This document shows positions 24,077 to 33,162 of a DNA stretch of 40,500 nucleotides, piece by piece. Numbering within the stretch: position 1 is the stretch's first letter; every line of letters starts with the position of its first letter. The stretch is from Candidatus Bathyarchaeia archaeon (lineage in GTDB: Bacteria > Patescibacteriota > Microgenomatia > UBA1400), in assembly GCA_035529355.1 (NCBI GenBank), contig DATKWX010000008.1:1-40500 (forward strand). The letters run 5' to 3'. The notes below the pieces were generated by a model. That model searched no databases. It was not told where the DNA came from and was given only the letters and a program-made list of their open reading frames with translations. A program made the position numbers and the translations under genes.

Positions 24077-24089
24077 AAAGGAGAGGATT

Positions 24090-25712
24090 ATGAAAGAAAA
24101 AAATATTGAAGCTCTGAGGGTTAATAACCCTCAAGGCGTCGGTTTTTCGCGAAGGCGGAATAAAAAAACCGGGGTAAAAGAAGATTTAAAAAAGATGGGC
24201 ACGCTGTTATTATTGGTTTTTTTATTTATGATGGCTTTAGCACCGAGACTTTGGTTTATTTTCCGGATTAGCGAGCCGATTGACATTCCTATGTGGTACG
24301 GAGATGTTTTTCATCACTGGCAGATTGCTTATTTATCCAAAGAAATCGGTTTTAAACAAGGTTTTTTGCGGTTATGGGACTTAAAAGGGATGGAATTTTT
24401 TTGGGGTTTAATCCATCCTTTGGTTTTGGTAATTCTTTTTACCTTGACCGGTTCCAGCAATATTTTAGTGCCTCGATTGTTAAGCGTTGTTTGTGGTTCT
24501 TTAAACATTGTTCTTCTCTACCTGATTCTGAAAAGAGAATTTAATTGGCAGACCGGTTTGGCCGCGGCTATTTTGGCCAGCTTTTTTCCGATTACCCTTT
24601 TTTCCAATACCGTGGGAATGCAGGAGGAACTGGGGATGTTTTTTATTTTCTTGGGAATTTTCTTCTGGCCAAAAAGTCCTGCAGGAACAGGATTGCTTTT
24701 TGGTCTGGCGGCTATGGAAAGAACGGAGTATTGGTTATTTACTTGCGGTTTAGTGCTGGCGCTTATTTTAAGAAGCAAAAATTTTGACAAAAAAATAATC
24801 TTAGGCTTAAGTTATTTGGTGGTTAATTTGTTTTACATGAAGTATTTGGATTTCTGGACCGGCAATGCTATTTATCCTATTTATTGGAATTTTATTTCCT
24901 CCGTTAAAGGAGAATGGTTCGTGGAACTGCCGATTAATGGGGCTAAATTAGTTGCCCAGCAGATTAACAGGGTTGTTTTCTTTTTTGGCCTAATTGGTGG
25001 ACTTTTGACTTTCTGGAAAAAACCAAAAGGCTTTTTATTGCTGTTGTTTGGTTTCAGCAATCTGGTTTTTATCGGCTTTATGCTCGGTTTTGGCGCTTAT
25101 GTCAAGGGTTTTGCGCCGCGGGTTTGGACGGACAGGCTTTTTAACTGGCCTTACCTCTTTAGCCTGATTTTGATATTAATTTTTTTGTTTTGGGTAGTAC
25201 CAAATAAAGCTCGGTTTTGGGCAAAAATCAAACTTAACTGGCTGATTTTTTTTGGGATTTTGGTTCTTTCCTGGCAATTATGGCAGCCGATAATTTATTT
25301 TTGGAATGATGTTGGCAAGTTTAATTATGAAGCGGAAAAGGAAAAAGCGGGAATGATTGCTAAACATTATCAAAAAGGAAGTGTTTTAATTCCGGAAGAT
25401 AGACCAATTTTAACTTATTTTTTAACTAACGATTTTGCTATAAAAGGAGAAAATATAAGAGGCCAGATGTTTGACCCTTTTTTTTATGCTAAAACTGAAC
25501 CTTTAGATAATTGGGGAGAGTTTAGAAAAGAATTTAGGGATTGGTTAGAAACACAGAAAATAGAACTTTTATTTATCAGTAGTGGTGAACATAGAGCCTT
25601 ATACCAACAAGCGGCTTTAAAAGAACCGGATTGGTTTGAATTATTGGAGGAAAAAGAAGGAAGCAAGGTTTATCGCGTTATTTTACCTCCGGATAGCCAG
25701 AGTTTTGATTAA
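24090..25712 (+). CDS. polytopic membrane protein with C-terminal soluble domain (ArnT/PMT-like GT-C candidate)
   Basis: 540 aa with a basic N-terminus, about 11 hydrophobic helices and a hydrophilic C-terminal domain of about 130 aa. A strong SD precedes it. The family call is by architecture only. Confidence 0.55.
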   Translation: MKEKNIEALRVNNPQGVGFSRRRNKKTGVKEDLKKMGTLLLLVFLFMMALAPRLWFIFRISEPIDIPMWYGDVFHHWQIAYLSKEIGFKQGFLRLWDLKGMEFFWGLIHPLVLVILFTLTGSSNILVPRLLSVVCGSLNIVLLYLILKREFNWQTGLAAAILASFFPITLFSNTVGMQEELGMFFIFLGIFFWPKSPAGTGLLFGLAAMERTEYWLFTCGLVLALILRSKNFDKKIILGLSYLVVNLFYMKYLDFWTGNAIYPIYWNFISSVKGEWFVELPINGAKLVAQQINRVVFFFGLIGGLLTFWKKPKGFLLLLFGFSNLVFIGFMLGFGAYVKGFAPRVWTDRLFNWPYLFSLILILIFLFWVVPNKARFWAKIKLNWLIFFGILVLSWQLWQPIIYFWNDVGKFNYEAEKEKAGMIAKHYQKGSVLIPEDRPILTYFLTNDFAIKGENIRGQMFDPFFYAKTEPLDNWGEFRKEFRDWLETQKIELLFISSGEHRALYQQAALKEPDWFELLEEKEGSKVYRVILPPDSQSFD

Positions 25713-25737
25713 ATTGGGATAATGCCAGTTTTTAAAA

Positions 25738-26583
25738 GTGGTTAGTCGAGAAAAAAAGTTGCAGCGTGATTTTTTTGATCAAAGACCAGCACAAATAAGC
25801 TGGCAAAGTCTTTTAGTGGAAAAAGGCTTTTTAAGACTGGTTAAGCCAAGAGAAAAAAAACACTTTGATTTAATTAAAAAGTTAAAAATAAAACCTTATG
25901 ATAAAGTTTTGGATGTTGGTTGCGGTACAGGTCATTTTTTAGCCAGGTTGGAGAAAGAGTTTGGCATAAAAGGAACAGGTATAGATTTTTCTTCAAATTC
26001 AATCAAACTGGCAAAAAAACGGGAAAAAAAGAACTTGAAATTTTTTATTACTGAAGCAGAGGAACTTGGTTTTAAAAATAAAAGTTTTGATTATGTTTTC
26101 TGCTTTGATGTTTTGGAACATATTGAAAATCAGAATAAAGCGTTACAAGAAATGGTGAGGGTATTAAAGCCAAAAGCCAGGCTTCTAATTTATACGATCA
26201 ATAAAAGAAGAAGATTTACTTGGGACTGGTGCCTTGAAAAACTTGGTTTTCCTCTTGCAAAATGGACGGCCCATTATAAAAAGGTGCTTTTTTCAGAACC
26301 CGAAGATCTAATTAATAAATTAAAAAAATTAGGAATGAAAAAGGAGCAGCTGACGTTTTACGATAGTTTTTTTTGTTTAGGACTAAATGAGCTAATGACT
26401 CTTTTTGGCAATTTAATGATTAAATTAAAACTGGATAAAAATAGATTTTTAGGGAGGATAGTTCTTTGGTTTACGACAGGGGTCTCTAAAAGCTTAGGTC
26501 AGGTTTTTGATTGGCTTGACTGGCCATGGAAAATAAACGGAGTTTCAAACAGTTTTTATTTATTGGTTAAAAAAAATAATTGA
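25738..26583 (+). CDS. class I SAM-dependent methyltransferase
   Basis: Motif I VLDVGCGTGHF, then acidic loop GIDFS and FCFDVLEHI. GTG start, with no in-frame upstream ATG. Confidence 0.8.
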   Translation: MVSREKKLQRDFFDQRPAQISWQSLLVEKGFLRLVKPREKKHFDLIKKLKIKPYDKVLDVGCGTGHFLARLEKEFGIKGTGIDFSSNSIKLAKKREKKNLKFFITEAEELGFKNKSFDYVFCFDVLEHIENQNKALQEMVRVLKPKARLLIYTINKRRRFTWDWCLEKLGFPLAKWTAHYKKVLFSEPEDLINKLKKLGMKKEQLTFYDSFFCLGLNELMTLFGNLMIKLKLDKNRFLGRIVLWFTTGVSKSLGQVFDWLDWPWKINGVSNSFYLLVKKNN

Positions 26584-27395
26584 TGATAAATACTCAAAAT
26601 AAAGTTTTCGGTTTAGGAAAAGTAAGCACCAAACCTTGGGTAATTCCCGCCTTAGGTATTAAGTATTGTTTTAATGATCTGAAAGGACGTTTTAAAAAAG
26701 GTGACCAGGTTTTGGATATCGGTTGCGGCGGCGGTTCATTGACTAAGTTTTTTAAGAAAAGATTTCCTCAGATTAAAGTGTGGGGTTGTGATCTAGATAA
26801 GATGGCAATTAGAACAGCCAAGGAAAATTGTGAAGGCGTAAAGTTTGTGGCTGGAAATATATTGAATTTACCGTTTAAAGATAAAGAGTTTAAAGTAGTA
26901 ATAGGGTTTCATATCTGGGAACATTTAACTGATTTGGAGAAAGCAGCCCAAGAAATAGGAAGAATTCTTAGAAAAGACGGGATTTTTCATTTAGCAGTGC
27001 CGATTGAGGGTGATTTTTGGACTTTACACGGTTGGTTGACGAAACTTGGTTGGCAGGCAAAAAAAAAGTTCTGCGGCCATATTCACTATTTCAGTAGAAA
27101 TAAGTTGATCGTTGATTTGGAAAAACAAGGCTTTAAATTAATAAAAAAAAGGAATTCAGGTTATCTTCTTTTCCAATTAGCCGATGTGATTTTTTTTGCT
27201 TTGGCAACTTTGAGGAAAAAGGCTTTTGCCTGGACAGTTGAAGGTTATTTGGAAAAAGGAAAAAAGAATTTGAAATATTATTTAACCTTGTTTTTAAGGA
27301 TAATTTTCGCTTTATTAACTTATACAGAAAGTCGGATTTTCCGCTTTATACCAGGATATATTTGTCATCTTACTTTTGTAAAAAAGAGAAAATGA
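26583..27395 (+). CDS. class I SAM-dependent methyltransferase
   Basis: Motif I VLDIGCGGGSL and FHIWEHL. ATG 26583 overlaps the previous TGA (TGATG). The track start at 26580 is a TTG. Confidence 0.8.
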   Translation: MINTQNKVFGLGKVSTKPWVIPALGIKYCFNDLKGRFKKGDQVLDIGCGGGSLTKFFKKRFPQIKVWGCDLDKMAIRTAKENCEGVKFVAGNILNLPFKDKEFKVVIGFHIWEHLTDLEKAAQEIGRILRKDGIFHLAVPIEGDFWTLHGWLTKLGWQAKKKFCGHIHYFSRNKLIVDLEKQGFKLIKKRNSGYLLFQLADVIFFALATLRKKAFAWTVEGYLEKGKKNLKYYLTLFLRIIFALLTYTESRIFRFIPGYICHLTFVKKRK

Positions 27396-28558
27396 AAATC
27401 TTAATTATTCAGCCCTGGATTAAACAGGGTGGGGCAGAGAACATCAGTGTCTATCTTGCCTACTATTTAAAAAAAAGAGGCGAGGAGGTGAAGATTACTG
27501 CTCTTTTTACTGACTTGAAGAAAAGTCCACCTATAGCCTCTCAAGTTGATTATCTTTTACCTAATAAGAGATTAAGTCAGTTATTCAAGAAAAGCAAGCT
27601 CTTTTTTTTACTCTTTGGGCCTTTAGTTTTGTTCTGGCTTACTTTTATTCATTCCAAGGAAGTAGGGCTTTTGAATCCTCATAATTTTCCTTCTTGCTGG
27701 GTAGCAGTTTTAGTGGGAAAACTACGTCGAGTCCCCGTGGTTTGGCACTGTCATGAACCTCCCACTAGAATTTCTTTTAAAGAAGCTAAAAGCCTGGGTT
27801 GGCTTGATTTTTTGGGATGGTTTTTTGCCTCTAGTTTAGTTGATAAACTATTGGTAAAGGGTGTGAAAAAGATTATCGTTCCCTCAAAAAAAACTCAGAA
27901 AGAAGTTAAACAAAGATATGGAAGAAGTTCCCGAGTGATTAATTTGGGAGTTGATTTTAATTTTTATCAACAGAGAGGTAGGGAAAAACTAAAGTGTAGA
28001 TATAATTTAAGTAATAAGTTTATTCTTATTAATGTTGGTAAACTTAGTCCACAGAAGAATCAGGTTGTTTGTTTAGAAGCTTTTAAGCTAGTTTCTAAGC
28101 AGATTTCAGAAGGCATTTTAGTTTTAATCGGTGAAGGGCAGGATAGAAAAAGACTTAGGGCTTTAATCAGAAACAAATCATCTTCCGGCCGGAAAAATTG
28201 GAGAGTTTTTTTTACAGGTTTTCTCTCTCCTGAAGAGGTAAGAAACTGGTATCAGGTAGCCGACATTAATCTATTTTCGCCTGTAAATCAAAGTTGGGGC
28301 TTTACGCCAATTGAGGCTTTATGCTGTCGAGTAGTTTCTATTGTATCAGATGACTGCGGAGTGGCCTCGGTTTTAAAAAAAGAAAGAATTGGTCTTGTTT
28401 GCCCGGCTAAAGCAAAACCCTTTGCCGAAAATATTATAAGGGTTTATAGGCAAAGAAGTAAATTCGAGCAAATGGGTCAAAAGGGACATCTTTGGGTGAA
28501 GAAAAATTTAACCTGGGAAGAGTATGCAGAAAAAACCCTGCAAGTAATTACTGGTTAA
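27392..28558 (+). CDS. GT4-family glycosyltransferase
   Basis: MKILIIQPWIKQGGAENIS begins from ATG 27392, an ATGA overlap with the previous stop (the track starts at TTG 27362). GKLSPQKN, and a C-terminal GFTPIEAL segment at the EX7E position. Confidence 0.8.
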   Translation: MKILIIQPWIKQGGAENISVYLAYYLKKRGEEVKITALFTDLKKSPPIASQVDYLLPNKRLSQLFKKSKLFFLLFGPLVLFWLTFIHSKEVGLLNPHNFPSCWVAVLVGKLRRVPVVWHCHEPPTRISFKEAKSLGWLDFLGWFFASSLVDKLLVKGVKKIIVPSKKTQKEVKQRYGRSSRVINLGVDFNFYQQRGREKLKCRYNLSNKFILINVGKLSPQKNQVVCLEAFKLVSKQISEGILVLIGEGQDRKRLRALIRNKSSSGRKNWRVFFTGFLSPEEVRNWYQVADINLFSPVNQSWGFTPIEALCCRVVSIVSDDCGVASVLKKERIGLVCPAKAKPFAENIIRVYRQRSKFEQMGQKGHLWVKKNLTWEEYAEKTLQVITG

Positions 28559-28562
28559 TCTT

Positions 28563-30371
28563 ATGAAAATGAAAAAAGTCAGCGTTATCATTCCTATTAC
28601 CAGAGAAAAACTAGTACTAAAGACAACAAAATCTGTCCGAAAACAGGACTATCCCGAATTGGAGATCGTAAAGGTCAAAGCCAAAAGACTAAACCCTGCT
28701 CAGGCTCGGAACAAAGGGGTTCAAAAAGCCAAAGGTGAGATTTTGCTTTTTTTAGACGATGATTGTCAGGTACGGAAAGGTTGGATAAAGGAAAATCTAA
28801 AAGCATTGGCTGGTGATAAAATTGGCGCTGTTGGAGCCAAAATTGAAGGTAAATCAGAGAAATATTGGGCCAAAGTGGCTGATTTTGCCAACTTCACTTT
28901 TACTCAAGCTGATAAGAAAAGGGAGATGCCTCTTTGCGCCGCCAGCTTGGGAATAAGAAAAGAAGTTTTTAAAAAACTGGGGGGATTTGACGAAAGTTTA
29001 ATCATTGGCGAGGATGTTGATTTGTGTTTTCGTTTAAATCGGCTGGGACTGAAAACACTTTATGAGCCGAAAATTAAAGTCTGGCATGAGCATAAAAGAG
29101 AGAGTTTACTTGCACTTTTAAGATATCAATACAGCAATGGGAAGGTAAAAGGTCTCACAATTGAAAAGCGCTATCCCGACAACTTCTGGTTTATTTTTTT
29201 AAAAACAATTGCCAGACCTTGGTTTTATTGGATTTTTGTTTTACCTTTTGCTGTTTTAGCTACCTTGATAGCCGTAGGAGTCAATTGGCAGGACAGACTA
29301 GAGGTTTTTTATTTAATTCCCGGAATTTTTTCAGCCAAATTAGCCTGTCAGCTGGGAATTTTGGCAAACTTAATTTCTCATCGAAATCACAGACTGCGTT
29401 ATTTGACTCTTTTTGTAACCAATCAATGCAATCTTCATTGTCGGCATTGTTTTTATTGGCAAGTAATAAAAAGGCAAAAAAAAGAATTGAGCCTTAGGCA
29501 GATTGAGGCCTTAAGTCACGATTTAGGGAAGTTAAAACTACTATCAATCAGCGGCGGCGAACCCTTTTTACGTTCAGATTTAGCTGACATTATTCAACCA
29601 TTTGTGGCCAATAATAGGTTGAGAGTAGTTTCTATTGTTACCAATGGTAGTTTGCCCGGGAAGATTCAAAAAGAAGTGGAAAAAATCCTTAAAATCTCCA
29701 GCAGGTTGTTGGTGGTGGTTTGTCTTTCGGTTGACGGCACTGAAAAAATACATGACAAAATAAGAGGCTTTAAAGGTTCATTTAAAAAAATGGTCAAGAC
29801 ACATCGGAGATTGAGGCTTTTGAAGGAAAAATATAAAAATCTAAGAATCCGCCAGAATGCGACCGTCTTTAACTTAAATTATAAAAATCTTTATCGGCTG
29901 ATTGGTCAAGCACCTAAGCTTTTTCCCGACAATTACCTTTTTTCTTTATCTTTGCTTCGGGGTAGACCGAGAGACAAAGACTTAAAACTACCCGCCGTGG
30001 ATAAGCTTAAGAAGCTTTTTGCTTATAAAAATAAACGGCTTAAAGGAAATAGAAGTTGGTTGAGCAGGTTGGTGGAAAAAATAGTTTTTAGGGCTCAAAT
30101 CAAAACTTTAACTATTAAAAAGCAGATTATCCCTTGCCAGGCAGGGAAATTAATGGCCGTGATTTTAGAGGACGGTCGAGTGGCTCCTTGTGAACTTTTA
30201 ACTCCGGTCGGCAATATTAAAAAGCAGTCTTTTAATGAAATTTGGCAGGGGAAAAAGATGCAAGATGCCAGAAAAAGAATTTCTCAGGGAAAATGTTTTT
30301 GTACTCAGGAAGGATTTTTATATCTTAGTTTATTAAACCAACCCTTAGCGTTGTTAAATTTGTTTAGATAG
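28563..30371 (+). CDS. fusion protein: GT2 glycosyltransferase - TM helices - radical SAM/SPASM domain
   Basis: N-terminus VSVIIPITRE...LLFLDDDCQV (GT2, DxD). TM helices at about aa 205-275. CNLHCRHC (CxxxCxxC, 29427-29450) with SISGGEPFL. The C-terminal Cys-rich segment IPCQAGK...VAPCE...GKCFC is of SPASM/twitch type. Confidence 0.8.
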   Translation: MKMKKVSVIIPITREKLVLKTTKSVRKQDYPELEIVKVKAKRLNPAQARNKGVQKAKGEILLFLDDDCQVRKGWIKENLKALAGDKIGAVGAKIEGKSEKYWAKVADFANFTFTQADKKREMPLCAASLGIRKEVFKKLGGFDESLIIGEDVDLCFRLNRLGLKTLYEPKIKVWHEHKRESLLALLRYQYSNGKVKGLTIEKRYPDNFWFIFLKTIARPWFYWIFVLPFAVLATLIAVGVNWQDRLEVFYLIPGIFSAKLACQLGILANLISHRNHRLRYLTLFVTNQCNLHCRHCFYWQVIKRQKKELSLRQIEALSHDLGKLKLLSISGGEPFLRSDLADIIQPFVANNRLRVVSIVTNGSLPGKIQKEVEKILKISSRLLVVVCLSVDGTEKIHDKIRGFKGSFKKMVKTHRRLRLLKEKYKNLRIRQNATVFNLNYKNLYRLIGQAPKLFPDNYLFSLSLLRGRPRDKDLKLPAVDKLKKLFAYKNKRLKGNRSWLSRLVEKIVFRAQIKTLTIKKQIIPCQAGKLMAVILEDGRVAPCELLTPVGNIKKQSFNEIWQGKKMQDARKRISQGKCFCTQEGFLYLSLLNQPLALLNLFR

Positions 30372-30375
30372 ATTA

Positions 30376-31638
30376 ATGCCTGAAAAGAAATTAAAAATTG
30401 CTTTTTTTCATTTCGGCTTCTTTTACGAGGGAGGTGGTGAGCGTTTGCTTTTGGAACAAATGAGAGGTTTAGAACAAAGAGGTCATAAGGTAGTTTGTTT
30501 TACCCCGATTTATGAACCTAAAGTTTGCTATCCGGACTGGATTGGACAGTTTAAAATTAGAACCTTAGTACCACAATGGTTAACCTGGTTCCCGGATGGT
30601 TTAATAATTCAGATGCTAACTTCAAGCTGGCTGATTATATTCCAGTTTTGGCGGTTTTTTAAATTTGATGTTCTTGTGGGAATCGGCCAACCCGGAGCCT
30701 GGATGGCCTTTTGTTTAAGCAGGATTTTAGGAAAGCCTTATTTAGTTTGGATGAACCAGCCAACCAGGTTTTTATATCCCAGGAAAATTGACCATAAAGA
30801 AGGCCTAAGGATTAGCGATAAAAAGAGCCTATCCACGACAATTATCAATATCTTAAAACCACTAATATCATACTTGGATAAAATAAGTGTAAGCCGGGCA
30901 GATGTTTTAATGTGTAACAGCAGAATCATTGCTCGGTGGTTGAGCAGGATTTACAAAAGAAAAGTGGTTCAGAATTATCCCGGAGCAAATTTAGGTTTTC
31001 CTAAGAAAGATTTTACTTGGCAGGATTATAAAAAAAGGCTTAAAGGAGAATCGAGAGTGAAAACAAAGATAATTAAAAAACCTTTTCTTTTGGTAAGCAA
31101 CCGTCATTTTCCCCAAAAAAGATTTGAATATGCGATTGGCATCATGCCTTTTTTAATTGACAAAATACCTGGTTTAAACCTGGTGATTACCGGCGGAGAA
31201 AACAATTATACCAAGTCATTGAAGACTCTGGTTTACCAGTTGGGCTTGCGGCAAAGAGTGGTTTTTACCGGTTCAGTAGCAGAAAAAGAATTAAGCAGAC
31301 TTTATCAACAAACAGTAGTTTATCTTTATACTGCTCCTCAGGAAGATTTTGGGATGGGAATCGTAGAGGCAATGGCTCATGGAATACCTGTGGTAGCCTG
31401 GGAAAATGCCGGACCAGGGGAAATTGTGATTAATGGCCAGACTGGTTTTTTGATCAAGCCTTACGATTTAGTTGATTTTGGAAAAAAAGCGCTCGAACTT
31501 TTGACAAATAAGAAATTGAATAAAAAAATGGGACAGGCCGGTTTTAGCCGAGTGGAAGAAAAGTTTACTTGGAAAAGGCACATTGACATGCTGGAACTTA
31601 AGATAAATCGTTGTAAAGAAAAATGCAGCTTAAGTTAA
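30376..31638 (+). CDS. GT4-family glycosyltransferase (paralog of 22639-23877)
   Basis: KIAFFHFGFFYEGGGERLLLEQ, E-x7-E motif EDFGMGIVE, and the same overall layout as the 22639 gene. Confidence 0.8.
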   Translation: MPEKKLKIAFFHFGFFYEGGGERLLLEQMRGLEQRGHKVVCFTPIYEPKVCYPDWIGQFKIRTLVPQWLTWFPDGLIIQMLTSSWLIIFQFWRFFKFDVLVGIGQPGAWMAFCLSRILGKPYLVWMNQPTRFLYPRKIDHKEGLRISDKKSLSTTIINILKPLISYLDKISVSRADVLMCNSRIIARWLSRIYKRKVVQNYPGANLGFPKKDFTWQDYKKRLKGESRVKTKIIKKPFLLVSNRHFPQKRFEYAIGIMPFLIDKIPGLNLVITGGENNYTKSLKTLVYQLGLRQRVVFTGSVAEKELSRLYQQTVVYLYTAPQEDFGMGIVEAMAHGIPVVAWENAGPGEIVINGQTGFLIKPYDLVDFGKKALELLTNKKLNKKMGQAGFSRVEEKFTWKRHIDMLELKINRCKEKCSLS

Positions 31639-32345
31639 TCGCAAGACTGATTATCATTACTCCCTTGTTTTTAAGAAGATTTTTAAGACGTTTGGGATTA
31701 ACACCTATTATTGATATTTTTTTAACCAAAGAAGAAGGGGAATTAATTTTCCAGCTTACTTGGGTTAATAAATTCAGGAAAAATAAAAATAAGCTTTTGC
31801 AGTATTGGAATAAAAGCCGGAGTTTAGAACAAATAAAAAAAATCTGCCAGTTTAAAAAGAAAACCAAGGTTTTAGATGTTGGTTGCGGCATCATGACAGT
31901 TTTGCATTTCATTAAAGGAAGAAGATACGGGATAGATCCTTTAATTGATGAGTACAAGAAAATATATTCTTATCCTAAAGGAATAAATGTTATCAAGGCT
32001 GGCGCGGAAAAGACCCCTTTCCCCGCAAACTTTTTTGATGTTGTTTTTTGCACCAATGCTTTGGACCACGTTAATGATATAAAACAGGCAGTGGCGGAAA
32101 TCACCCGAGTGTTAAAAACGAAGGGCTATTTTGTTTTAATAGTGGATATTTTTAAAAAAAAGCATAGAAGAGATGTTCCTCATCCTTATACTTTAACTAA
32201 AAAAGATGTCCTTTTTTTGATTAAGAAAAATTTCAAGATTATTTTTGAGAATAAATCTACTCAGTCTAGGTCAGATTTATATATGAAAAATAAACCATCT
32301 AAGCGCAAATTTCAGGAACTGGTTTTAATATTAAAAAAGGAATAA
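31623..32345 (+). CDS. class I SAM-dependent methyltransferase
   Basis: Motif I VLDVGCGIMTV, FCTNALDHV and LKTKGYFVL. The start overlaps the end of the previous gene. Confidence 0.7.
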   Translation: MQLKLIARLIIITPLFLRRFLRRLGLTPIIDIFLTKEEGELIFQLTWVNKFRKNKNKLLQYWNKSRSLEQIKKICQFKKKTKVLDVGCGIMTVLHFIKGRRYGIDPLIDEYKKIYSYPKGINVIKAGAEKTPFPANFFDVVFCTNALDHVNDIKQAVAEITRVLKTKGYFVLIVDIFKKKHRRDVPHPYTLTKKDVLFLIKKNFKIIFENKSTQSRSDLYMKNKPSKRKFQELVLILKKE

Positions 32346-32347
32346 TA

Positions 32348-33152
32348 ATGAAAGAAAAAAAGTATATTTTTGGTTGGAAGGGCTATGGTTTGAATTTATT
32401 TTCGCCCGGAAGGCTGGTTTTAAAGTTTATCCTGGAAAGTTTGGAGTCGGTTTCCGGCCGAGTTTCTAGATCTGGGTTGTGGCGCTGGGGCCTTATCAAG
32501 GGCGATTAAAATTTTTTATCCTGAGCTTGAAATTATCGGTTTAGATCCAGACAAAAGAGCGATTTCAATGGCAAACAAGCAAGCTAAGGAAATTAAAGGT
32601 CTTAAATACAGGGTTGGAAGAGCTGAAAACTTGCCTTTTAAAGCTAATTTTTTTGATGCGGTTCTGGCCTCATCTGTTTTAGAACATACTAATGATTATA
32701 AAAAAACCCTTCGGGAAATCAGCCGGGTGCTAAAGCCGAGAGGTGTTTTTCATTCAGCCACGCCTTTAGAGGGAGACTTTTTGGTCTTGCATAGTTGGTT
32801 TAAAGGTTGGATTTGGCCAAAGACAAGTTATTACATGATGCACAAGCATCATTTTAAAAGAAAGCAATTACTAAGGGAAATAGAAAGATTAGGTTTTATG
32901 ATTGAGAGAAAATGGTCAAGCCAATTTTTCTTTTTTCAATTGAGCGAGTTGATTTATTATAAGTTATTGGAGATACTAAAGGCACCTTATGGTTTTACTA
33001 TTAGGGGAACGGTAAGGAAAAAAAGAAAAGGAGTTTGGTTTGGTTTTTTGAATTTATTTATTAAGCTTAACGCTTTTTTTGTTAATGCTGAGTGGTTTTT
33101 TTTAAGATTTTTACCCGGTCACATTTTACATATTAGGGCAAGAAAAAGCTAG
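32348..33152 (+). pseudogene. class I SAM-dependent methyltransferase interrupted by a frameshift (or assembly error)
   Basis: ATG 32348 opens a 53-codon frame that ends at TAA 32507-32509. The next frame is open from 32424. It encodes motif I FLDLGCGAGALS and runs continuously into the 32568-33152 ORF. The C-terminal half is paralogous to the 26583-27395 gene (PLEGDF..LH.W). Confidence 0.55.
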
Positions 33153-33162
33153 AATAAAGAAG

